A DNA stretch of 64,000 nucleotides from Candidatus Phycocordibacter aenigmaticus (GCA_045401115.1 CP174359.1:291247-355246), one strand, 5' to 3'; positions 1-11,302 are shown, counted from the first letter of the stretch. Notes: a model not told the origin generated them from the letters alone. Numbers and translations are program-made.

Positions 1-13
1 GAGTAGCCCGCAA

Positions 14-211
14 CACATGTTATTCCCCGATACGAGAGTATCGGGGTTTCTACATGTGTCGGAGGCGTGGGATTCGAAAGACGGAGGCGGTATACAAGAC
101 GAGCGGAGCGAGTGCTTGTCGCCGAGTCCGGGCAGGAGCCACACACTAGAATTGGAGCGGAGCGAACAATTATAGTGCTGTGAGCTGACGCCGAATCCCT
201 CACTCTCCGCA
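14..211 (+). repeat. tRNA-3'-end-derived repeat unit (tRNA-Ser-like): hairpin, antisense T-arm/acceptor copy, AGCGGAGCGAG motif, direct tRNA 3'-end copy
   Basis: Hairpin ccccgatacgagagtatcgggg (25-46). cggaggcgtgggattcgaa (60-78) is the reverse complement of a tRNA T-loop/acceptor end. cgaatccctcactctccgca (192-211) resembles a tRNA-Ser 3' end. The parent tRNA is presumably upstream of the window. Confidence 0.65.
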
Positions 212-258
212 TCTAACAGCTATCACGAGACATTGTTGTTTCGTGATAGCTTTATTAT

Positions 259-792
259 GTGAGAAATTTTCTAAGAAGATTTATTGGGTGGATTGATAAA
301 ATCATCATCTACCATTACCTAAGTAGTATTTTGGTAAAACTTAGTGAAATAGAAATTTGGATTTTTTCACCGCTCTGCCAAGATATATTTACTGGAGGTA
401 GTGCAGACATGCAGGATGATTTTAATAGAGGTTTATCTAGAGCACCTTGGGGTTTAAAAATAAAGTATTTGAGAGGTGAAAATCTAGACTCTGTTAAGCA
501 TTCAGATGAAAGCTTACAAAGATTAGATGCTGTCAGGCAATTCAATGAATTTGAGGTGCTATTTTCTATGCTTGAAGAGGTGCTGGAAGAAAGAAACCCA
601 TTTATTCATGGAAAATATTTTATGGGATATGGTAATGCAAATGGTATGCGCCTGACTTTTAAAAGTTCGTATCTAAGAGGTAACGGAGTGTGTGAAAATA
701 TTCAGCTTACCCCTAAGACAATAAGAGAACGATATTTAAATTTGAATGAAAATTACAAAGAAATGTTACGACTTTATTTAAGTATTACCTAA
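259..792 (+). CDS. hypothetical protein, AT-rich (start may be the ATG at 409)
   Basis: 177-aa ORF with no recognisable motif; lower GC than its neighbours. Confidence 0.45.
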   Translation: MRNFLRRFIGWIDKIIIYHYLSSILVKLSEIEIWIFSPLCQDIFTGGSADMQDDFNRGLSRAPWGLKIKYLRGENLDSVKHSDESLQRLDAVRQFNEFEVLFSMLEEVLEERNPFIHGKYFMGYGNANGMRLTFKSSYLRGNGVCENIQLTPKTIRERYLNLNENYKEMLRLYLSIT

Positions 793-938
793 CAGTGTTT
801 AATAGTACAAGAGAACCATCAGTTCCACCCTGAGATAGCCTGCACAAAACTCTATTGCGCAACACAATCAGTCTGCTAGTCTTAGAGAATATATAACAAA
901 AATAAACAGCACTTTAATCAAGTTGCACACATCAATAT

Positions 939-1610
939 ATGCAAAAAATAATATTTATTATTATCGGGGTAATCATAATCGCAGCGGGAGTGTGGTACTT
1001 CATGTCTTCGGACACGCCCAACATAACTAATCAGGAAGATGCAGGAAGCACAGTCGCTACCGTAAACGGAGAGGAGATATCGCGTGGTGAGTTTGAAGAA
1101 TTTAAAACACAGATAGCAGCGCAGCAAGGAATTGATTTCGCTTCATTAGATGCGGACACACGCGCTCAGTTTGAACAGCAAATTCTCAACGAACTCGTCA
1201 ACCAAACACTATTGCAACAAATTGTTGCGGAAGCAGAGGTTACAGCGTCATCAGATGACGTTGATGCGCAGATCACCGCGATTATAACCCAGGTAGGTGG
1301 CGAAGAGGCGTTTAGAGAGGCGCTCGCTGATCAAGAATTATCAGAAGAAGAATTCCGTACACAAATTAGTGGTGACCTTGCAGTTCAGGCGTACTTTGAA
1401 GAACAATTAAACCTTTCTACTTTCACCGCAACCGATGCAGAGATTGAGGAAACGTATACTCAGGTAGCTGCTCAGAACGAAGACCTCCCACCACTTGATG
1501 AGGTACGTGACCAGGTTGAACAAGCAGTCATTCAACAAAAACAACAAGCGGCACTTGCTGAATTTGTAGCAGAGTTACGTCAAGAAGCAGACGTAGAAAT
1601 CTTGTTATAA
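939..1610 (+). CDS. SurA N-terminal domain / PrsA-like membrane-anchored chaperone
   Basis: N-terminal TM helix, VATVNGEEI motif, C-terminal LRQEADVEI; no PPIase domain. Confidence 0.8.
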   Translation: MQKIIFIIIGVIIIAAGVWYFMSSDTPNITNQEDAGSTVATVNGEEISRGEFEEFKTQIAAQQGIDFASLDADTRAQFEQQILNELVNQTLLQQIVAEAEVTASSDDVDAQITAIITQVGGEEAFREALADQELSEEEFRTQISGDLAVQAYFEEQLNLSTFTATDAEIEETYTQVAAQNEDLPPLDEVRDQVEQAVIQQKQQAALAEFVAELRQEADVEILL

Positions 1611-1623
1611 AAAGAAGCATATT

Positions 1624-1667
1624 TTTTAAAAAAGCAGCGACCGAAAGCGGTACGCTGCTTTTTTAAA
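1624..1667. terminator. bidirectional intrinsic terminator
   Basis: aaaaaagcagcg...cgctgctttttt hairpin between convergent genes. Confidence 0.75.
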
Positions 1668-1685
1668 TTAAAGAGAGTAGGGGAT

Positions 1686-2339
1686 CTACTGCGCCAGCGC
1701 GATACCGGCGACGTGGCGTACTCCCGCAGCTTTGAGTGCACGCATCGCGTCTTTCATGGTGGCGCCACTTTCAATCACGTCATCAATAAGGAGTACTGAA
1801 GCACCAGTGAGTTCTCCACTGCGCGCGATAGGGTTCGGTACGTAAAAACTATTTTTGATATTTTCTTTTCTTTCACGGCGTGTAAGCCAGGACTGACTTT
1901 CGCGATTGTCGCGTTTTAATATATCTGGTCGGTACGAACACTCCGCAAGAACATCAGGTGGTAGTGCCTGCATAATGTGAACCACTTGGTTATACCCACG
2001 CTCACGTTTGCGTTTTGGCGCGGCAGGTAGGGGAGTAATAATCGGATGATTCCACTGAAGGGTGAGTGCGTTCTCTTCAAAGAATATAAATAACGCTTCT
2101 TCAAGTACGGCGCCGAGTATAGTGGATGCGTGTATGCTCCCATAAAATTTATTTGCTCGGATAACCGCTTGAACACGTGCATCGTGGTAAGGAAGGCAGG
2201 TAAATGTAGTTTTCCCGACGGCTGTACGGTATTGCATCAGGTCAAGTAGTTGCGCGCGACTTACCTCATGGGCTTTTGCGACATCCGGATGAGGTGGAAA
2301 AATCAAGTTGAGAATACTATTTAAGAATTGCTTCCGCAT
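1686..2339 (-). CDS. comF: ComF family competence protein (PRTase fold)
   Basis: RERGYNQ motif and PRPP-binding loop LLIDDVIESGAT. Confidence 0.88.
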   Translation of the reverse strand: MRKQFLNSILNLIFPPHPDVAKAHEVSRAQLLDLMQYRTAVGKTTFTCLPYHDARVQAVIRANKFYGSIHASTILGAVLEEALFIFFEENALTLQWNHPIITPLPAAPKRKRERGYNQVVHIMQALPPDVLAECSYRPDILKRDNRESQSWLTRRERKENIKNSFYVPNPIARSGELTGASVLLIDDVIESGATMKDAMRALKAAGVRHVAGIALAQ

Positions 2340-2363
2340 GATATTCTAATAGTATTCTATATT

Positions 2364-3469
2364 ATGGCATCACCTCTGTCTGGCGCATCTCAAGCGCTCC
2401 AAAATTTTTTCCGCGATTTTCGTAAACAAGACGGCGAAAGTGTTATTGGTGTTGATATTGGCACCTCGAGTATTAAGATTGTGCAGCTTGCCGAAAAAAA
2501 GGCGCCGCTGTGCTTGAAACCTATGGCGAGATTGCTGTCGGTCCCTATGCAGAAGGTGAGGTAGGACAGTCGGTAAATCCACCGGCTGCCAAAGTAGCTG
2601 AAGCGCTTGTTGACCTTATGAGGGAAGCAAATGTTACATCAAAAGTGGGTGGTTTTTCAGTACCCCTGTCAGCGAGCCTTATTTCACTCATCTCACTACC
2701 AACTAAGAAAACCGCTGATTTGGCGGCAATGATTCCTATCGAAGCGCGGAAATATATTCCTGTGCCTATTAGTGAAGTAACACTCGACTGGTTTGTTATT
2801 CCCGAAGAGGAGGCAGAATTTCTCGGTGGCGCCAATCGTGAAAAGAATAAAAACAATACAGACGTGCTTTTAGTTGCTATTCATAACGCGACACTTAATC
2901 GGCTTAGTGCAGTCACTGAGGGAGCGTCAATCGCGCCACGTTTTTATGAAATCGAACCGTTCAGCATATCGCGCAGTGCATATGAACATGACACCGCACC
3001 AACAATGATAATTGACCTCGGCGCATCCGGTACCCGAGTCTATATTATTGAATTTGGCATCGTTGATGTGTCACACACCATTAACCGGGGAGGGCAGGAT
3101 ATTACACTTGCGCTTTCAAAGTCACAAGGACTTTCGTTTGCTGAAGCAGAGAAACTAAAACGTTCCGAAGGTCTTGAGGGAAGTGAGACAGGGAAAACCA
3201 GTATGCATTATATTTTTTCAGAAGCACGTCGTATTTTTCTTTCCTATCAACGCAAAGAAGGAAAAGCTATCTCTGGTGTTGTGTTAACTGGTGGTGGCGC
3301 ACAAATGAAAGGAATAGATGCTATTGCCGCTGAATATTTTGATGCGCCGATTAGTTTTGCTACTGCTTTTGATCGTGTAGCGGCACCCGCTTTTATTGGT
3401 GATGTATTACGCAGCGCCGGACCATCGTTTGCGTCAGCAGTCGGTCTTGCACTTCGCGCGATTAAATAA
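2364..3469 (+). CDS. pilM: type IV pilus assembly protein PilM, split by a -1 frame change at an A7 tract (2494-2500)
   Basis: N-terminal part has VIGVDIGTSSIKIVQL; the -1 frame continues GAAVLETYGE...EARKYIP...IDLGA...LTGGGA...AVGLALR. Confidence 0.85.
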
Positions 3470-3572
3470 AATAAAAACGTATGACGCACACGTTTCGTGC
3501 CATGCATATTCAATTCACATGTTCACATAACAGAGTGCATGCAAGGGGGTTGCTGCATGCTATGCTTTGAGT

Positions 3573-4286
3573 ATGCCTGAACGTGTGACCACGTCATTTA
3601 TACCGAAAGCGTCTCTTAAAACAGAGAAGCGTCGGCCACGAAGCCAATCATCATTGGGTATTATCAATGTGATTGCGAGTATTATCTTACTCGCTGCAAT
3701 TATTGCAGCAGGAGGTGTTTTTCTTTTTGAACAATACACCACACAAAACATCGCGCGCAAAGGAGAGTCACTGGACCGAGCGCGTGCTGCTTTTGAGCCT
3801 GCAACTATTAAAGAATTGTCACGTTTGGATACGCGCTTAGGTGCGGCAACTGCACTTCTTGATGGACATATTGCTCCGTCACGTTTGTTCAATGAAATTG
3901 AACGTGAGACATTAAACACCGTCCGATTTAATGATTTTACTATGGCAGAAAGTGGTCCTGGTCGGCTCATGATCACAATGGCAGGGGAGGCTGCAAGTTT
4001 CAACGCTCTTGCACTGCAATCTGATACGTTTGGCGCAAGTCCATTTTTTTCTGAACCTCTCTTTTCTGACTTTAATATCGATGAGCGTGGTAATGTAGTG
4101 TTTTCTTTCTCTGCGGTAGTTAACCTCGGAGAAATTGCGTACCAAGCAAATCGGTCACCGTCTTCTCAACCGTTAGATACCGCTCCGGAAAGCGCAGAAG
4201 TAAATACTGAATTAGAAACACTTCCTGGCGATGCTTCTGGTGGGGCACCAGACTCCGGTACGATTAATCAAGAACCAACACTATGA
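3573..4286 (+). CDS. PilN-like pilus alignment protein
   Basis: N-terminal TSFIPK then TM helix; position between pilM and pilO. Confidence 0.65.
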   Translation: MPERVTTSFIPKASLKTEKRRPRSQSSLGIINVIASIILLAAIIAAGGVFLFEQYTTQNIARKGESLDRARAAFEPATIKELSRLDTRLGAATALLDGHIAPSRLFNEIERETLNTVRFNDFTMAESGPGRLMITMAGEAASFNALALQSDTFGASPFFSEPLFSDFNIDERGNVVFSFSAVVNLGEIAYQANRSPSSQPLDTAPESAEVNTELETLPGDASGGAPDSGTINQEPTL

Positions 4287-4825
4287 GGTCATTACTCCCT
4301 GTTTTCTTTGTTCTAATAGCACTCGGTATCTTTTTCGGGTTTATTGACCCGGCGTATGATCGTATTAAAGAGTTACGTGTTGAAGAAGGTCGATTCAATG
4401 ATGCGTTGGATCGTTCAAAAGAACTACAACAAGCCCGCGATCAATTGTTGTCACAGTACAATACATTTTCACAAACGAATTTAACGCGGCTTGAGAAAAT
4501 GTTGCCGGACAATGTTGATAACGTACGACTCATCCTTGATTTCGATTCGATCGCTGCTCGTTACGGTATGCGTCTGCGCAATATTGCATTGGACACCAGC
4601 GATGATCGCGCGGCGCGCGGGCAAGTGGGGTTGAACGGCGACGACTATGAATCAATAGTGCTATCGTTTGCGGTCACAGGAGACTATAATTCATTCCGTT
4701 CCTTTTTGGAGGATCTTGAACAGAGTCTTCGTCTAGTAGATATTTCTGCTATTTCGTTCTCTGCTGACGAATCCGGAGTGTATGATTATTCAGTTTCAAT
4801 TAAAACCTATTGGCTAAAACCATGA
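4283..4825 (+). CDS. pilO: PilO-like pilus alignment protein
   Basis: TM plus coiled coil, LEKMLP, GDYNSFRSFLEDLEQSLRLVDI. Confidence 0.8.
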   Translation: MRSLLPVFFVLIALGIFFGFIDPAYDRIKELRVEEGRFNDALDRSKELQQARDQLLSQYNTFSQTNLTRLEKMLPDNVDNVRLILDFDSIAARYGMRLRNIALDTSDDRAARGQVGLNGDDYESIVLSFAVTGDYNSFRSFLEDLEQSLRLVDISAISFSADESGVYDYSVSIKTYWLKP

Positions 4826-5130
4826 GTGATTTTCTAAAACAATATCAAAATATTTTCATTATCGTGGCGCTTATCGTCATTGCGTTTATTGGCTACACAT
4901 TCTTTTTTGCTGGGGAAGATAATGATGCATCGCTCACAGTAGAACAAGCAGAAGAGGCGCCTACAGAAGTGGGTCAAGAGCTCATTGGTTTATTGCTTGA
5001 ACTTCGCTCTATTCAACTTGATACGTCACTTTTTTCAGATGAACGTTTCCAAAGCCTTCAAGATTTTGGTCAACAAATTATTTCTGAACCGGTTGGTCGT
5101 CCAAATCCGTTTGCACCACTCGGACAGTAA
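4822..5130 (+). CDS. small membrane protein of the pil cluster (PilP-position, GRPNPF motif)
   Basis: N-terminal TM and C-terminal GRPNPFAP; overlaps the pilO stop. Confidence 0.55.
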   Translation: MSDFLKQYQNIFIIVALIVIAFIGYTFFFAGEDNDASLTVEQAEEAPTEVGQELIGLLLELRSIQLDTSLFSDERFQSLQDFGQQIISEPVGRPNPFAPLGQ

Positions 5131-5157
5131 CAATTTTCAACTGAAATATATATCACA

Positions 5158-5185
5158 TAAACGGCTCACATAAGTGAGCCGTTTA
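5158..5185. repeat. dispersed palindrome AAACGGCTCA-N-TGAGCCGTTT, copy 1
   Basis: taaacggctcac ataa gtgagccgttta; same core at 27833 and 52187. Confidence 0.75.
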
Positions 5186-5303
5186 ACAAAAAAGAATAGT
5201 CTATAAAAGTATTGTTATTTATACTCAATAATTTTTCTTTTCACACGGTATATAGAAAATTGTAGGTTACCATAAAGGAAGCGCGGTGCGCACTCGCATT
5301 TCT

Positions 5304-7055
5304 ATGGAAGTACTCAATGTATTAAAAGAAAAAGGAATTATTGATGATGCTACTATTGCATCAATTCAAGAAGAAATAGATCGTGGCGGTAAGACTGTTG
5401 AGGCAGCATTATTGGAGCGTGGTGTTTCTTCTGGTGATTTACTTGAAGCGCAAGGAGACTATTATCAGGTACCCACACGCCGGCTAGGCCCTAACGAGAC
5501 CGTACCGTTTGAAGTACTTAACCATGTCCCTGAAGAGTCAGCAAAACATTATCACTTTGTGCCGTTAGGTGTGGTTGATGGTGTACTTGAAGTGGGGACG
5601 ACTGATCCGGACAATCTTGAAGCGATTGAGGCACTTAATTTTATTACCGGACGCACGAATATCCCTTATAAATTATTTTTAATCTCAGAAGAAGATTTTG
5701 CTCGTGTTATTGAGATGTATAAAGGGCTGACTGGTGAAGTAGGACAGGCATTAACAGAGTTGCAAACTACTATTTCACTCGATGACCAAGAAACTGGCGC
5801 TGCTGAAACAAATATTAAAGAGAAGAGTAATTCAACAGAGCCGGGTTTGATTAAAGAAGATGCTCCGGTTACTAAAATTGTGGCAACGGTACTCCGTTAT
5901 GCTGTTGACGGTAAAGCTTCCGATATTCATATAGAACCCACTCAAGACGGGTTACAAGTGCGTTTCCGTGTGGACGGAGTTATGCACACTTCGTTGAAGT
6001 TACCAAAAAAAGTTGAACGGGCAGTTGTGGCGCGTATTAAAGTGTTAGCGACGCTGAAACTTGACGAGCGCCGTAAACCGCAAGACGGCCGATTCTCAGC
6101 AACCGTTGATGAACGAGTAATTGATTTCCGTGTCTCTACATTTCCGACATACCATGGTGAAAAAGTGGTAATGCGTATTTTAGATAGAAGCCAAGAAAAC
6201 CTGACACTTGAAGCACTCGGTCTTTCACCGCAGAATATCAATACCTTACGCCAAGCACTACGTCGTCCATACGGCATCATCATCATTTCCGGTCCTACCG
6301 GATCTGGTAAGTCAACAACGCTGTACGGAATGTTGCAGGAAATTGACCGCGAAAAAAAGAATGTAGTTTCACTGGAAGACCCAGTTGAATATGACGTACA
6401 AGGTGTTGCGCAGTCTCAGGTGCGACCGGAAATCGGGTATACGTTTGCTAACGGTCTACGCTCTATTTTGCGTCAAGACCCGGACATTATCATGGTCGGT
6501 GAGATACGCGACAGGGAAACCGCACAGCTTGCTATTCAGGCGGCGCTCACTGGTCACTTAGTATTCACCACACTCCATACCAATAACGCTATCGGCGTGG
6601 TTCCTCGTCTTGTGGATATGGGTATCGACCCGTACCTTATCGCACCAACGCTTGCGCTTTCGGTTGCTCAGCGTTTGGTGCGCAAGCGTTGTGACGGAGC
6701 TGGTAAAAAGATGCCGTATGAAGGCGCGATAGAGCAGATGATCAAGAAAGAGTTTGAAGGAGTCCCTGAATCAATTATGAAACAAGTACCGCGCCCTGAC
6801 TCGGTGTACGGTATTGAGTCAACCCCCGATTGTCCAAACGGAACTCGTGGGCGTGTCGCTGTGTTCGAAATGCTCCCTACTTCTACAGAACTTGAAAAGG
6901 TTATTTTGGAAAATCCGACGGAAGATGCCATTTTTAATGTTGCCCGCACGCAAGGCATGTTAACTATGAAAGAGGATGCTATCATTAAAATGCTTGAAGG
7001 TACCGTACCGTTTGAGGAGGTGAACACACTTGGTACCGATATTATCGTTGAATAG
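5304..7055 (+). CDS. pilB: type IV pilus assembly ATPase PilB (GspE/PulE family)
   Basis: ASDIHIEP, Walker A GPTGSGKST, LEDPVE, LRQDPDIIMVGEIRD, TGHLVFTTLHTN. Confidence 0.93.
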   Translation: MEVLNVLKEKGIIDDATIASIQEEIDRGGKTVEAALLERGVSSGDLLEAQGDYYQVPTRRLGPNETVPFEVLNHVPEESAKHYHFVPLGVVDGVLEVGTTDPDNLEAIEALNFITGRTNIPYKLFLISEEDFARVIEMYKGLTGEVGQALTELQTTISLDDQETGAAETNIKEKSNSTEPGLIKEDAPVTKIVATVLRYAVDGKASDIHIEPTQDGLQVRFRVDGVMHTSLKLPKKVERAVVARIKVLATLKLDERRKPQDGRFSATVDERVIDFRVSTFPTYHGEKVVMRILDRSQENLTLEALGLSPQNINTLRQALRRPYGIIIISGPTGSGKSTTLYGMLQEIDREKKNVVSLEDPVEYDVQGVAQSQVRPEIGYTFANGLRSILRQDPDIIMVGEIRDRETAQLAIQAALTGHLVFTTLHTNNAIGVVPRLVDMGIDPYLIAPTLALSVAQRLVRKRCDGAGKKMPYEGAIEQMIKKEFEGVPESIMKQVPRPDSVYGIESTPDCPNGTRGRVAVFEMLPTSTELEKVILENPTEDAIFNVARTQGMLTMKEDAIIKMLEGTVPFEEVNTLGTDIIVE

Positions 7056-7058
7056 ACT

Positions 7059-7463
7059 ATGACAGAAAACTCAAAAAATAACGGCACTATTTTTCTCGTT
7101 GACGACGATAGATTTTTACTCGACATATACTCAGTCAAGTTTAAGGAGTCGGGTTTTTCGGTCATTGCCAATGTTGACCCACAGGACGCGTTAAAGAAAT
7201 TACGCGAAGGCACAAAGCCGGATATTATATTACTTGACGTTATTATGCCGAACATGACCGGTTTTGAGTTGTTAGAGACCGCCCGAAATGAAAAATTAAT
7301 CGAAGACGCGACGGTAATTATTCTTTCAAACCAAGGTCATGACGATGATATACAAAAGGCAAACGAACTTGGTGCCGATGGGTACATCATCAAGGCGAGT
7401 GCCATACCTTCAGAGGTACTCACTAAAACACTCGAGTTCGTCAACCAAAAGAAAAGTGGGTAG
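7059..7463 (+). CDS. single-domain response regulator (receiver)
   Basis: LVDDD, LLDVIMP, GADGYIIK. Confidence 0.9.
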   Translation: MTENSKNNGTIFLVDDDRFLLDIYSVKFKESGFSVIANVDPQDALKKLREGTKPDIILLDVIMPNMTGFELLETARNEKLIEDATVIILSNQGHDDDIQKANELGADGYIIKASAIPSEVLTKTLEFVNQKKSG

Positions 7464-7528
7464 TGTCGGTAACTTATTCACTACCCACTACTCGGTGGAT
7501 GTCTGGTAAGAGGGTATACTACATATAA

Positions 7529-8590
7529 ATGCAGTACGAACAAGAACTCACCACGCTTTTAGAAACAGTCATCACTGAAGGTGCTTCTGATTTACATCTC
7601 ACCGCAGATTCGCAGCCGATTATTCGTGTATCTGGTTCGTTACTTCCACTGGTAAAGCATGAAAAATATTCCGACGAAACAGTGCGAAAGTTTCTTGAGA
7701 TACTCGTTGAGCCAGAGAAAGCGCAAGCGTTTTATGACGAGCAAGAACTCGATTTTTCATATCAGTATAAAGATCAAGGTCGGTTCCGCGGTAACGCGTT
7801 TTTTGAACGAGGGAATATTTCTATCGCGCTGCGTCTCATCCCGCGCGAGGTAAAAACTTTCGATGAATTAAATTTACCGCCAGTGTTAGAAACATTTGCA
7901 CAACTTCAACAAGGTTTCTTTTTAGTGGTAGGTCCGGTTGGGCAGGGTAAGTCTACGACACTTGCCTCAATGATTGAATATATTAATCAAAATCGCACCG
8001 AACATATCGTCACTATTGAGAATCCGATTGAATATATTTACGAATCCAAACAGTCAATTATTAATCAACGTGAAGTGCGTATTGATACACAAAGTTTCCA
8101 TTCAGCCCTCAAATCAGCATTTCGTCAGGATATTGATGTGTTGATGGTCGGTGAGATGCGTGGCCCTGACACTATGGCGGCCGCGGTGACCGCTGCTGAA
8201 ACTGGCCATCTTGTACTCTCTACATTACATACCAATAATGCAGCACAAACCATTGACCGTATTATTGACTCTTTCCCAGCAGGACAACAAGATCAAATCC
8301 GCCTGCAGCTTGCATCCAGTCTTGCAGGTATATTTTCACAGCGTTTAGTCCCACGCATTTCCGGTGGTTTAATACCTGCGTATGAATTACTTATCAACAA
8401 TGAAGCGGTATCCAATTTGATCCGCGAGCGACGTACTCATGAAATTAATGCGGTAATCGAAACCGGACTTGAGTCCGGTATGGTTGATATGAACCGCTCT
8501 CTTGCCGACTTAGTACGCCGCGGGGAAGTGACACAAGAAAATGCCCGTTCACGCGCGCTTGATCCAAAAGCGTTCTCTCGATTAATGTAA
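7529..8590 (+). CDS. pilT: twitching motility retraction ATPase PilT
   Basis: GASDLHL, GPVGQGKST, GEMR, ETGHLVLSTLHT, NLIRE. Confidence 0.93.
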   Translation: MQYEQELTTLLETVITEGASDLHLTADSQPIIRVSGSLLPLVKHEKYSDETVRKFLEILVEPEKAQAFYDEQELDFSYQYKDQGRFRGNAFFERGNISIALRLIPREVKTFDELNLPPVLETFAQLQQGFFLVVGPVGQGKSTTLASMIEYINQNRTEHIVTIENPIEYIYESKQSIINQREVRIDTQSFHSALKSAFRQDIDVLMVGEMRGPDTMAAAVTAAETGHLVLSTLHTNNAAQTIDRIIDSFPAGQQDQIRLQLASSLAGIFSQRLVPRISGGLIPAYELLINNEAVSNLIRERRTHEINAVIETGLESGMVDMNRSLADLVRRGEVTQENARSRALDPKAFSRLM

Positions 8591-8595
8591 CGCAT

Positions 8596-9798
8596 ATGAT
8601 TTTTGAATATAAAGCAGTTGATCAAAGTGGGGCAGAGCAAACAGGAACTATTGATGCGGTATCGCGCGAAGTCGCAATTAGCTCACTCCAGCGTCGTGGT
8701 CTTTCGATAACTTCAATAGAAGAAAAGAAGACTGAAGGGGGTGGTTTAAATATCACCTTGTTTGAAACAGTATCTATTAAGGATGTTGTATTGCTTTCAC
8801 GACAAATATCCACTCTATTTGAAGCTCAAGTTTCAGCACTTCGGGTGTTCCGCCTTCTTGCATCAGAGTCTGATAAACCTATTTTACAACGCACGCTCAC
8901 TGCGGTGGCTGACGACTTACAGGCAGGTACTCCTATCTCAAAAGCTTTAAGCAAGCATCCAAAGGTATTTGGCGATTTTTATGTAAACATGGTGAAAAGT
9001 GGTGAAGAATCTGGACGACTTGATGAAACATTTCTTTATCTTGCTGACTATCTTGATCGAAACTACGCTATTGTTTCAAAAGCACGTAATGCGTTAATTT
9101 ATCCGGCATTTGTTATCTCTACGTTTGTTATCGTGATGATTCTTATGATGACTATGGTCATCCCTCGTATCTCGACCATTCTTACTGATTCAGGGCAAGA
9201 AATTCCTGTATATACACAAGTGGTCATTGCACTTTCGAACTTCTTTGTTGACTACGGTATTCTTCTCTTGATTTTAGCGGTGGTCGGTGGTTTCTTTTTG
9301 GTTCGCTACGGTATTACCAAGGGAGGAAAGGCACAGTTCGATCGTCTACAAGTAAACACGCCATACATTGGTAATTTGTATCAAAAACTATATCTCTCAC
9401 GTATTGCTGATAACCTTGCAACTATGTTGGGAAGCGGTATCTCAGTGGTACAAGCAACAGAAGTGACCGCTTCGGTGGTAGGTAATTCTGTATATTCAGA
9501 AATTCTAAAAGATGTTACTACGTCAGTAAAAGGTGGGGGTTCAGTATCCGCCGCGCTTTCTCAGTATCGCGAGATACCGGGTATTATGACTGCCATGATT
9601 AAAGTGGGTGAGGAAACTGGTGAACTCGGAAATATCCTTAAAACCCTTGCTCGTTTCTATGAACGTGAGGTAAATAATGCCGTCGACACTTTGGTTGATT
9701 TAATTGAACCATTTATGATTGTGGTGCTCGGACTTGGTGTTGGTATTCTTCTTGCATCAGTATTGATTCCTATTTACAACATCTCCTCAGCTATCTAA
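8596..9798 (+). CDS. pilC: type IV pilus platform protein PilC (GspF family)
   Basis: GEESGRLD, ALIYP, GEETGEL, LIEP, three TM segments. Confidence 0.92.
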   Translation: MIFEYKAVDQSGAEQTGTIDAVSREVAISSLQRRGLSITSIEEKKTEGGGLNITLFETVSIKDVVLLSRQISTLFEAQVSALRVFRLLASESDKPILQRTLTAVADDLQAGTPISKALSKHPKVFGDFYVNMVKSGEESGRLDETFLYLADYLDRNYAIVSKARNALIYPAFVISTFVIVMILMMTMVIPRISTILTDSGQEIPVYTQVVIALSNFFVDYGILLLILAVVGGFFLVRYGITKGGKAQFDRLQVNTPYIGNLYQKLYLSRIADNLATMLGSGISVVQATEVTASVVGNSVYSEILKDVTTSVKGGGSVSAALSQYREIPGIMTAMIKVGEETGELGNILKTLARFYEREVNNAVDTLVDLIEPFMIVVLGLGVGILLASVLIPIYNISSAI

Positions 9799-9920
9799 CC
9801 GCGCAGAGTTTGTGGTGTGTTATCCACACCACACTGTACTCTTTATCTTAGTCTTAGCTACAATGAAAGGGACCACTTCAAACTTAGGTCTTTATTACTT
9901 ATTCAATAGATAGAAACATT

Positions 9921-10361
<441 letters not shown>

Positions 10362-10391
10362 CTCTTTCTTAAGAGAAACGCAGTACGCATA

Positions 10392-10418
10392 TAAAAACTC
10401 CCCTCAGGGGAGTTTTTA
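10392..10418 (+). terminator. intrinsic terminator after the pilin gene
   Basis: taaaaactcccc tca ggggagttttta. Confidence 0.75.
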
Positions 10419-10435
10419 TATGCGATACTTGAGTA

Positions 10436-11302
10436 ATGGAAGCGATTGGTATCATTTTTTTCTTTATATTTGGTCTTTTGATTGGCAGTTTTATAAATGT
10501 TCTTATACTTCGTTTTGGTTTTAAAGAAACGCCACGTCACCGATCTGCCTGTCAGGCATGCCAGAGTAGTTTGGCATGGTATGAGCTATTCCCCGTACTT
10601 TCTTATGTATTACTGCGAGGGAAGTGCCGCGCGTGTGGTAGCCGTATCGCGCTACAATACCCAGCGGTTGAACTCAGCACAGGAGTTCTGTTTGCGTTCT
10701 CTTTTAGCGTAGCTTTTCCTATCATTACCTTTGGTGGAGTGGTATCGTTCATCGCTCTGCTTATTTTTTGGGCGAGTTTTGTTGCGTTGGTGATATACGA
10801 CTTACGTCATACATTAGTCCCCACCATATTTGTATTTCCACTTTTAGGTGCAGCACTGCTTCTTCGTGTCGGAGAAATATTGTTTCTTGGAAGTATAACG
10901 CCAATATATGATGCTTTTTTAGGCGCAGCACTACTTGGCGGAATTATTGGCGTGCTGGTACTGGTAACACGCGGCAGAGGAATGGGCGTTGGTGATATTT
11001 ATATTGCACTTGCGTTAGGGCTTATGTTTGGCGTCGCACGGGGTATTGAAGTACTAACCATGGCATTTTGGATAGGTGCAGTAGTAGGACTTACTCTGAT
11101 TACTGTAGGGGCACTACGACGCCATATACGCTTATCCTCACTCCGTCTTGCTCATCAAGCTCAGACCGATCAAAAACAGTTTAGAATGAAGAGTGAAGTG
11201 CCTTTCATTCCGTTTCTTTTTGCTGCGGCATTGATTGGTGCCTATACGTGGTTCTCTCCATTTATGTGGATTGGTACATTCACAAATTTACTATTGCCAT
11301 GA
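10436..11302 (+). CDS. pilD: prepilin peptidase (A24)
   Basis: GSFINV, two CxxC pairs, catalytic YD and GMGVGD, VPFIPFL. Confidence 0.92.
   Translation: MEAIGIIFFFIFGLLIGSFINVLILRFGFKETPRHRSACQACQSSLAWYELFPVLSYVLLRGKCRACGSRIALQYPAVELSTGVLFAFSFSVAFPIITFGGVVSFIALLIFWASFVALVIYDLRHTLVPTIFVFPLLGAALLLRVGEILFLGSITPIYDAFLGAALLGGIIGVLVLVTRGRGMGVGDIYIALALGLMFGVARGIEVLTMAFWIGAVVGLTLITVGALRRHIRLSSLRLAHQAQTDQKQFRMKSEVPFIPFLFAAALIGAYTWFSPFMWIGTFTNLLLP

Noticed and set aside
9820-9828. Perfect DnaA box TTATCCACA upstream of the pilin (possible oriC)
   Set aside because: It is a single box inside a hairpin, with no box cluster or dnaA nearby.
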